A stretch of 64,000 nt of DNA from Pseudomonadota bacterium (GTDB taxonomy: Bacteria > Pseudomonadota > Alphaproteobacteria > Caulobacterales > Caulobacteraceae), in NCBI GenBank assembly GCA_048498155.1, contig JBEHYN010000007.1, forward strand, positions 7,579-71,578, written 5' to 3'. A program made the position numbers and the translations under genes. Shown here piece by piece: positions 1 to 6,944 of the stretch; position 1 is the first letter of the stretch, and each line of letters opens with the position of its first letter. Under the pieces are notes generated by a model that saw only the letters and a program-made list of their open reading frames with translations, did not search any database and was not told the DNA's origin.

Positions 1-2
1 TG

Positions 3-437
3 GTCAGGCGCCCTTTCCGGCAGAGGCAGGTCCGGGTCGGCGTATAGGCGGATGATCTGCACCGGCCGGCCGTCGAGCAGCAGTTCGATCGGCGTATTGG
101 TCATTAGGTCGCCGCGGGCGACGAACACCAGCAGGGTCAGACTGGCTGGTGCCGCCGACAGAGACGGCTGACGAAACAAGCGCGAATGCAGGAAGGCTGC
201 GTCCTGGCAGGCCAGGGCCTCATCCTTGCGTCCAATCAGCTGGTACAGCACGCCGAGGCTCATATAGGCCGAGGCGTCGGTCACATCGGCGTGCAGCCGA
301 TCGAGCTGGCCTTGCACCAAGGCCACCCCGTCGGCGCCCTCGAACACGGCGCGGATAAATCCGGCTTGGTTCGGCATATCGACCACGGATGCAGCCGGAT
401 CGATGCAACTGGGAGCCAAGGCGTTTTCGGCGATCAT
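3..437 (-). CDS. hypothetical protein, N-terminal part only (runs off the left window edge)
   Basis: Open frame from ATG at 437 to the window edge. It is absent from the ORF track because no stop lies in the window. My translation: MIAENALAPSCIDP...YMSLGVLYQLIGRKDEALACQDAA...LTLLVFVARGDLMTNTPIELLLDG. Its ATG overlaps the TGA of the upstream decarboxylase (ATGA, 434-437). Family not recognised; the middle looks TPR-like. Confidence 0.45.
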   Translation of the reverse strand, partial: MIAENALAPSCIDPAASVVDMPNQAGFIRAVFEGADGVALVQGQLDRLHADVTDASAYMSLGVLYQLIGRKDEALACQDAAFLHSRLFRQPSLSAAPASLTLLVFVARGDLMTNTPIELLLDGRPVQIIRLYADPDLPLPERAPD

Positions 438-1894
438 GCGGCGTGTCCTTGGCTTAACGAACGCCCCAAACGCAGGACCTCGGCGAGCAATAGGTCGATG
501 TCGCAGGCTCGCGTACGATGATTGACGATGGCGACGCGGATGGCCAGGGCTCCGTTGATGACAGTCGTGGACGGGGCAGCCACGCCTGAGGTTTGCAGGG
601 CCAGTACGATCTGGCTGTTGAGTCGGTCCGGGTCAGGGCCGCGATACCGGAAGCAGACGATGTTGAGCGGGACAGGCGCCAGGCGTTCCAGCTCCGGCTC
701 GGCGTCCACGCGGGCGGCCAGATAGGCGCCCAGGCGGCAAGTGTTGAGGATGCTCGCGCCGATGGCGTCCGCGCCATAGGCCTTAAAGGCAAACCACACT
801 TTCAAGGCGCGAAAGCCACGGGACAGATCGGGCCCGAAGTCGCATGGCCAGGGCGCCCCCGCCGCCAGGCCCTTGGCCTCGCGGCGCAGATAGGCGGCTG
901 TGGTGGCGAAGGCGGCCTGATGCTTGGCGGCGTCGCGCACCAGGATGAAGCCGGCGTCGTAGGGAGCCTGTCCCCATTTATGGAAATCAAAAGCGATGGA
1001 ATCGGCCTGATCGATCCCGTTCAGCAGGGGCGCCAGCTCCGGCGACAGCTTGGCCAGGGCGCCAAAAGCGCCGTCCACATGCAGCCACAGCCGCTGCTCG
1101 CGGGCGATCCGAGCCAGGGCGGACAGGTCGTCGATGGCGCCTGTGTCCACGCCACCGGCCGTGCCGACCACGAGGAAAGGCTCCAGCCCGGCCGCCCGAT
1201 CGCGCGCCACGGCCGCCTTGAGCGCATCGAGGTCCATCCGGCCCTCCGCATCGACGGCGACGAAGTGCAGGGCGTCCGAGCCCATGCCGGCCATGTCCAT
1301 CGCCTTGGCAATGCAGCCGTGCGCCATGCACGAGGCGTAGGCGCGAAGCTTGGAGCCGCGCTCGCCCGCCCCGATCTGGCGCGATCCGGCTCCCAAGGCG
1401 TCCACCCGCGCGATTAACACGGCGATTAGATTGGCCATTGAGGCGCCGGTGACGAACAGGCCGCTCGCCGTCGACGGGAAGCCGAACAGCTCGGCCATCC
1501 ATCGCGCGACCTGGCGCTCGACCAGGATCGGCGTCTGGTCGCGTCCGCCAAGGTTGGCGTTCAGCCCCCCCGCCAACATCTCGGCCAGCATACCCACCAC
1601 ATTGCCCCCACCATGCACCCAGCCGAAAAAGCGCGGATGAGCATTGCCGGCGCCGTAAGGCAGAACGGCAGAACGGAATTCCTCGTGCACGGCGCCCAGC
1701 GCCTGGGGTCCGCGCGGCATGGTATGGGCGAACTGCTCTCGCACGGCGCCGGGCGCTGGACGCCAAACCGGCCCTTCGCCCACGCCCTGCATATGGTCGA
1801 GCATGTCATCCAGCATCCGGTGCGCCTGGACGCGCAGAGCCGGCCAATCGGGGGGATCGAGGTCGGGCGCGAGGGAGGGTGGATCGACGGACAT
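434..1894 (-). CDS. PLP-dependent decarboxylase, group II (aromatic-L-amino-acid/glutamate decarboxylase family)
   Basis: ORF 434..2044. PLP-lysine context DSIAFDFHKWGQAPYDAG, and overall group II decarboxylase layout. Start moved to the internal ATG at 1894 (MSVDPPSLAPDLDPPDW...) because the long form overlaps the divergent gene starting at 2025. Confidence 0.8.
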   Translation of the reverse strand: MSVDPPSLAPDLDPPDWPALRVQAHRMLDDMLDHMQGVGEGPVWRPAPGAVREQFAHTMPRGPQALGAVHEEFRSAVLPYGAGNAHPRFFGWVHGGGNVVGMLAEMLAGGLNANLGGRDQTPILVERQVARWMAELFGFPSTASGLFVTGASMANLIAVLIARVDALGAGSRQIGAGERGSKLRAYASCMAHGCIAKAMDMAGMGSDALHFVAVDAEGRMDLDALKAAVARDRAAGLEPFLVVGTAGGVDTGAIDDLSALARIAREQRLWLHVDGAFGALAKLSPELAPLLNGIDQADSIAFDFHKWGQAPYDAGFILVRDAAKHQAAFATTAAYLRREAKGLAAGAPWPCDFGPDLSRGFRALKVWFAFKAYGADAIGASILNTCRLGAYLAARVDAEPELERLAPVPLNIVCFRYRGPDPDRLNSQIVLALQTSGVAAPSTTVINGALAIRVAIVNHRTRACDIDLLLAEVLRLGRSLSQGHAA

Positions 1895-2024
1895 GACGGG
1901 GTGGAACCTTGCGCCGATTCGGCGACTTACGCCCTGCAGCCGATTGGCCAGGGCCTGACGCGTGAGGACCATTCGGCTATAGTTCCCGATCGGTCCTGCT
2001 GGGCCGAACCCACAGAGGGCCGCG

Positions 2025-2561
2025 ATGAGCGACGAGACCGACAAACGTCCCCACGGCTACCTGGCCAAGCTGCTCGCCACCGGCGAGGAGGTAGTGCTGA
2101 TCGAACGCCAGCACAGCTTCGTCGCCTTCAGCCTGATCGCCGGCGTCCTGATTTATGTGATCGCGGTGCTGGTGATCGTCTCGCTGCTGTGGGCCCGCTA
2201 CGGCGAGGGCCGAAACTGGATCCTCTACGCCTATCTTCTGGCCCTGCTCGGCCTGCCACACCTGCTGTGGCGGCTGACCGTGTGGCGGGCGCACCAATAT
2301 GTCGTGACCACTCGCCGGGTGATCCAACTGTCAGGGGTGTTCACCAAGGAGGTGATCGACTCGGCCCTGGACAAGGTGACCGATGTGCGCACCGAGCAGT
2401 CGCTGTTTGGCCGCATGTTCAACTACGGCGATGTGGAGGTGCTGACGGCCTCTGAGACTGGCAAGAACCTGTTCCGCATGATCGCCGAGCCCCTCGCCTT
2501 CAAACGCGCCATGCTGGATGCCCAGCATGAGCTATTTCACCCCGTGCAGGGACAGGGGTGA
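2025..2561 (+). CDS. membrane protein with bacterial PH domain (bPH_2 / YdbS-YdbT-like)
   Basis: 178-aa ORF. Two hydrophobic helices are followed by YVVTTRRVIQLSGVFTKEVIDSALDKVTDVRTEQSLFGRMFNYGDVEV, the pattern typical of bPH_2 domains. AGAGGG precedes the ATG. Confidence 0.65.
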   Translation: MSDETDKRPHGYLAKLLATGEEVVLIERQHSFVAFSLIAGVLIYVIAVLVIVSLLWARYGEGRNWILYAYLLALLGLPHLLWRLTVWRAHQYVVTTRRVIQLSGVFTKEVIDSALDKVTDVRTEQSLFGRMFNYGDVEVLTASETGKNLFRMIAEPLAFKRAMLDAQHELFHPVQGQG

Positions 2562-2731
2562 CGTTTAGCCGAATTCGCGATCTCCCTGGCCTGACGTTGG
2601 CGCTCATTGCGCAGCCAGCCGTTGACGCCCACCCCGGCCACGCTGAGCCAAACGGACGGCCACCAGGGCGCCTGAAACAGGAAACAAACCAGGCCCGGCG
2701 CAACGAACAGGCCTGAATATCGTTGCGGCAA
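2537..2731 (-). CDS. possible small membrane protein (hypothetical)
   Basis: 64-aa ORF with a TTG start. Hydrophobic core GLFVAPGLVCFLFQAPWWPSVWLSVAGVGVNGW followed by a basic tail. GC3 moderately high by eye. Its 3' end overlaps the convergent gene by 25 nt. No family recognised. Confidence 0.25.
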   Translation of the reverse strand: MPQRYSGLFVAPGLVCFLFQAPWWPSVWLSVAGVGVNGWLRNERQRQAREIANSAKRHPCPCTG

Positions 2732-2766
2732 CGCCCTTTGGAGCCCGCCGAACGGGCGTCGCGATG

Positions 2767-3111
2767 TCAGTCCGCCGGCCCGCGAGCGGCTCGACGCGGA
2801 CGACGCCTCATGCGTCCCCCCACGACGACCGGGCTGCCGGCCAGACCGACGTAGAAACCCACGTCGTAGAGAACCCCCGTCCCCTTCACTTCATACATCC
2901 GCACCGCCCACGGCAGGAGATGAGGCGCCAACATGTTGATGATCTCCCCGATCAGGGTTACCGGGGCGATCAGGCCGTGCCAGACACCCAGCAGGAATTG
3001 TGACAGCAAGATTCCCGATGCGGCATGTTCGGAATCTCCCGATCCCGCCACGCAGGCGCACAGGGTCAGCATAATAACCACTGCGCCGGCAACTTTCGAT
3101 GTTCGCCCCAT
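2767..3111 (-). CDS. small lipoprotein/membrane protein (hypothetical)
   Basis: ORF 2767..3225 trimmed to the ATG at 3111, which is preceded by GGAGGAAATC. The N-terminus MGRTSKVAGAVVIMLTLCAC has a lipobox-like LTLCAC. Confidence 0.55.
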   Translation of the reverse strand: MGRTSKVAGAVVIMLTLCACVAGSGDSEHAASGILLSQFLLGVWHGLIAPVTLIGEIINMLAPHLLPWAVRMYEVKGTGVLYDVGFYVGLAGSPVVVGGRMRRRPRRAARGPAD

Positions 3112-3351
3112 GATTTCCTCCAATACCGAGCCACGTCGAGCGGGCTCTGTTTGTGATACGTCAAATCGACGCCCGAGAATTTGTTGCACAGGTTCCGCTA
3201 ATACGCCACTTGAGTCAAATTCCATTGATCCGTGACCAAGTTAAGCCCCAATGCAGGACCATCGTTACCATGAATGAACGGTGAACCAACCTGATGGCCG
3301 CCATTCAATCGCCCGGCGCCATAAAGCCGGCGTCGCCTTGGAGGGCGTCGC

Positions 3352-3603
3352 ATGGAAAACGACATCAATATCGATCTCGGCAAGCGCCTTCGCGCGCGTC
3401 GTCGTCTGCTCGGCCTGTCTCAGAAAACCCTGGGCAGCGCCATCGGCCTGAGGTTTCAGCAAATCCAGAAGTACGAATGCGCCGCCAACGGTATGTCGGC
3501 GGCTCGGCTGTGGCGGCTGTCCAAGGCCCTGGGCGTGCCTGTTTCCTATTTCTTTGAAGGCTTGCCTGTCGGGAGCGAAACAGACGAGCGCGGCCCGTTG
3601 TAG
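3352..3603 (+). CDS. XRE-family helix-turn-helix transcriptional regulator
   Basis: 83 aa. Contains LGKRLRARRRLLGLSQKTLGSAIGLRFQQIQKYECAANGMSAARLWRLSKALGVPVSYFF, a classic HTH_3 pattern. Confidence 0.85.
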   Translation: MENDINIDLGKRLRARRRLLGLSQKTLGSAIGLRFQQIQKYECAANGMSAARLWRLSKALGVPVSYFFEGLPVGSETDERGPL

Positions 3604-3623
3604 GGAGCCCAAATCGGCTTAGA

Positions 3624-3812
3624 TTGGCGGGCATGGCGGCCGATCCGATCAATCTGAACAAGGCCCGCAAAGCGCGGGACAAATTGGCCGCCAAGGTCCA
3701 GGCGGTGCAAAACCGCGCCAAGTTCGGACGGCCGAAGGCTCTGACCGCGTTGGACAAGGCGCTGGCGGACAAGGCGGCCCGCGCGCTTGACGCCGTCAAG
3801 CGCGAGACCTGA
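3624..3812 (+). CDS. DUF4169-like small protein
   Basis: 62 aa. INLNKARKARDKLAAKVQAVQNRAKFGRPKA matches my recollection of the DUF4169 signature (NLxxxRKxxxR...ANRxxFGRTK). Confidence 0.6.
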   Translation: MAGMAADPINLNKARKARDKLAAKVQAVQNRAKFGRPKALTALDKALADKAARALDAVKRET

Positions 3813-3813
3813 T

Positions 3814-4017
3814 GTGCTGAAGAAACGTTCCCTGTCCCTGGCCGGCCACGCCACCTCCCTGGCCCTGGAGCCGGAGTTCTGGGTGGTGCTGGAACAGATG
3901 GCGGCGGCCGAAGGGATCAGCCTGCCGGAGTTGATCGTGCGAATCGACGAAGCACGGGGACGGTCGCTGCTGGCCTCGGCCTGCCGGCTACGGGCGCTGG
4001 CTTGGGCTGGTCGGTAG
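3814..4017 (+). CDS. ribbon-helix-helix domain protein (RHH_4-like)
   Basis: ORF 3787..4017. Probable GTG start at 3814, one base after the upstream TGA. KKRSLSLAGHATSLALEPEFWVVLEQMAAAEGISLPELIVRID fits the short RHH proteins usually found next to DUF4169 genes. Confidence 0.6.
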   Translation: MLKKRSLSLAGHATSLALEPEFWVVLEQMAAAEGISLPELIVRIDEARGRSLLASACRLRALAWAGR

Positions 4018-4063
4018 CTAGCCAGCTGAATTCACCGGCTCAAGCGATCCCTGTTGCGGATCA

Positions 4064-5632
4064 TCAGGGTGCGGTTCTCGCAGGGCCATTGTCAGTCTGC
4101 GAAACGATGGCGGCCGAAGACTGCAGCTTTGCAGGAGAGACAGCGCCGAGCTTTTGGAAGAGCTCTTGAAGGCCGGCGCGTTCTTTTTCGCCGGCCCCGG
4201 CGGCCGCCATCACCGGCGTTAGTCCCGCCTGGTTGCGGGCATCCAGCTTGGCGCCCTTGTCGGCCAGGAACTCGACGTCCGTGCGGAAACCGTGCCGTGC
4301 GGCGCCGTGCAGGGCCGTATCGCCGGCCTTGTTCGCCGCATTGACGTCGCCCCCCAGCTCCACGGCCGCCTGAACGGACCGGATGCCGCTGCCCATCAAG
4401 ACGCGGGTGTCGGGGTCTTGAACCACGGCGAGATCATGCTCGGCCGGATCGACCAGGCGCTCGCGTCTATCCCCGTCCCATCCGACGCCGGCAGCCGCCA
4501 TCAGTGGCGTGGTTCCGTCAGGCTTGGCCAGCCGGGGATTGGCGCCGTGCTCGGCGAGCGTGCGCATCATCTCGGGTTCGTCGAACTGAGCGGCGAGAAA
4601 GAATGGCGTCGCGCCAATCATATGCGACGACAGGAAGTAGCCCTTCGAGTAGCGCGGAACCGGCGTGCCCCTGACGATCCTGGCGTCGGGATTGGCTCCA
4701 TGGGCGAGCAAAGCCGTGACCATTTCGGTATCGCCTCTCAGCACTGCGGCGTGGAGCGGACCGTATCCAGCAGCAGCCGCGTTCGGGTCCGCGCCCTTGT
4801 CCAAGAGCCGTTTCGCCACATCGCTTTGTCCGCTGAGCAAGGCCACGACCAGGACGCTGGCGCCATCCGGCTCCGCGTCGTTCACATCGGCCCCCGCATT
4901 CAGGAGCAGTTCGGCCGAGGCCGCGTCGCCGGACCGGGCGGCGAAGAGCAGTGGCGTATACCCGCCCTGATCGATTTGAAACACGCTCTTCAGCTTTTCG
5001 CTTTCGGGGTCTGTCGGCGAAAAGCCGCCGGTCACCGCGACATGACGGATGCTGGAGCGGGCCTTGACGTCGGCGCCGCCCTCGATCAGCGCACGCACGG
5101 CGTCCGGGTGCCGCTCGGCGGCGGCCCACATCAGGGCGCTCTGCTGATGGGCGCTTTCACGGGCGTTGACCTTGGCCCCCCGCGCCAGCAAGGCGCGCAC
5201 CGCGTCCGCATTGCCCGTGCGCGCGCAGGTCATCAACGCGGTCACGCCCGTGGGCAGCGCCGTCTGGTTCGCGTTCGCGCCGGCCGCCAGAAGTCTGCTC
5301 ACTAGAGCGGCGTCGCGATTCCCGCAGGCCAGAGTGAGGGGCGCTACGCCGTAGTCGTTCGCCGCGTTCGCGTTCGCCCCGGCGGCGAGCAGCGCCTCGA
5401 CCATTTTCAGATCATCGAGATAGACCGCCCAATGCAGCGCGGTCGTTCCGTCCGGCAGGCGCGCATTGATTTTAGCGCCTTTTTTCAAAAGCGCCTGGAC
5501 TGCGACCGTGTCCTGCCGCCTGACCGCGTCGATCAGGGCGGTGCGGACCGCCGCCGTTGCGGCCGACGCCCACAGGCAAACCGCAAGCGCGCCGACGGCC
5601 GCGGCCTTTGCAAGAGGTGTGCGTTTAGCCAT
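4064..5632 (-). CDS. exported ankyrin-repeat protein
   Basis: 522 aa. Signal-like N-terminus MAKRTPLAKAAAVGALAVCLWASAATA. About a dozen repeats of the G-x-TALH-x-A...LL-x-x-GA-x-x-N type (e.g. DGTTALHWAVYLDDLKMVEALLAAGANANA). Confidence 0.85.
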   Translation of the reverse strand: MAKRTPLAKAAAVGALAVCLWASAATAAVRTALIDAVRRQDTVAVQALLKKGAKINARLPDGTTALHWAVYLDDLKMVEALLAAGANANAANDYGVAPLTLACGNRDAALVSRLLAAGANANQTALPTGVTALMTCARTGNADAVRALLARGAKVNARESAHQQSALMWAAAERHPDAVRALIEGGADVKARSSIRHVAVTGGFSPTDPESEKLKSVFQIDQGGYTPLLFAARSGDAASAELLLNAGADVNDAEPDGASVLVVALLSGQSDVAKRLLDKGADPNAAAAGYGPLHAAVLRGDTEMVTALLAHGANPDARIVRGTPVPRYSKGYFLSSHMIGATPFFLAAQFDEPEMMRTLAEHGANPRLAKPDGTTPLMAAAGVGWDGDRRERLVDPAEHDLAVVQDPDTRVLMGSGIRSVQAAVELGGDVNAANKAGDTALHGAARHGFRTDVEFLADKGAKLDARNQAGLTPVMAAAGAGEKERAGLQELFQKLGAVSPAKLQSSAAIVSQTDNGPARTAP

Positions 5633-6944
5633 TGAGGCTCAGCGCCCCATTGCTGTCGCCCAGCTGTTCGATCGGGATGCCGAGGTTCTGCAGGAGTGAG
5701 ACATGCAGGTTCGGCATCGGCGTGGTGGGCGCGTAACGCGTGTGGCGGCCGCCCTTGAGCGTCCCTGCGCCGCCCCCGAACAGGACGATCGGCAGGTTCT
5801 CGGCCGAGTGGACCTGGCTGTCGCTCAGGCCGCCGCCATAGATCAGCATCAGGTGATCGAGCAGGGACCCGTCCCCGTCGGGCGTGGACTGCAGCCGGTC
5901 AAGATAATAGGCGAAGACGCCGGCGTGGTAGGCTTGAATCTTGGCCAGTTTCGCTAGGCTCTCGGGATTGTACTGATGGTGCGAGAGCGGGTGGTGCGGA
6001 TCGGTGACGCCGATCTGAGGATAGGTGCGGCCGCTGAACTCTCGACCCAGCATGAAGGTGATGACCCGGGTCAGATCGGACTGATAGGCCAGCACCTGAA
6101 GATCGAACATCAGCTTGGCATGGCCCTCAAAGGTGTCGGGAATGCCCGCAGGCCGATCCATGTGCGGCAGTTCCTGGGCGCTCTGCTCCTCCGCCTTCTG
6201 GACCTGACGCTCCGCGTCGCGCACGGCGTCCAGATACTCGTCGAGCTTGGCGCGGTCTCGGCCGCCGACAGCGCTCTGCAGCCGGGCCACTTTCGGCAAT
6301 ACGCCGTCAATGACGCTCTTCGTCTCGCGATTGGCAACCTGACGCGACGCGGAGGTCGTGCTGGAGCTGTCGCCGAACAGACGCTCGAACACCACGCGCG
6401 GATTGTCCTCCACCGGCAGTGGGGTCGTGGGGGTGCGCCATGAGAGGGTATTAGTGTAGGCGCAGCTGAAACCGGTGCCGCAGGTGCCCGTGGATTCGCC
6501 CACCTCCAGTGACAGCTCAAGCGAGGCCAGCTGGGTCTGTTTGCCCAGTTCCTTGGCCGCCACCTGATCGGCGGAAATCCCGGCGAGCAGATCCGAGCCT
6601 TGGGTCTCCTTGGGCTTCACGCCGGTGAGATACCGGGTCGACCCATTCTCATGAATGCCGATCCCCTTGTTCTGAAGGCCGGTGATGATGTGCATGTGGG
6701 ACCGGAACTTGGCGAGCGGCTGGAGGGTCGACGGCAGTTCGAAATCCGTCCCTTCCGTGGACGGCGTCCAGTGCTCCATGACCATGCCGTTGGGCACATA
6801 GACGACCCCGAACCGATTGACCGGCGCGGCGGCCTTGGCGGATGCGAGCGCGGGCACCATGCAGTCGAGAAACGGTAGCGCCAGCGTCACGCCCATCCCC
6901 CGCAGAACCATCCGGCGGGGAAGCGCTTTCTTGGTGATGATCAT
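5625..6944 (-). CDS. DUF1552 domain protein (Tat-like signal)
   Basis: 439 aa. The N-terminus MIITKKALPRRMVLRGMGVTLALPFLD is the typical DUF1552 start. Its stop overlaps the ankyrin gene start by 8 nt. Confidence 0.7.
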   Translation of the reverse strand: MIITKKALPRRMVLRGMGVTLALPFLDCMVPALASAKAAAPVNRFGVVYVPNGMVMEHWTPSTEGTDFELPSTLQPLAKFRSHMHIITGLQNKGIGIHENGSTRYLTGVKPKETQGSDLLAGISADQVAAKELGKQTQLASLELSLEVGESTGTCGTGFSCAYTNTLSWRTPTTPLPVEDNPRVVFERLFGDSSSTTSASRQVANRETKSVIDGVLPKVARLQSAVGGRDRAKLDEYLDAVRDAERQVQKAEEQSAQELPHMDRPAGIPDTFEGHAKLMFDLQVLAYQSDLTRVITFMLGREFSGRTYPQIGVTDPHHPLSHHQYNPESLAKLAKIQAYHAGVFAYYLDRLQSTPDGDGSLLDHLMLIYGGGLSDSQVHSAENLPIVLFGGGAGTLKGGRHTRYAPTTPMPNLHVSLLQNLGIPIEQLGDSNGALSLNG

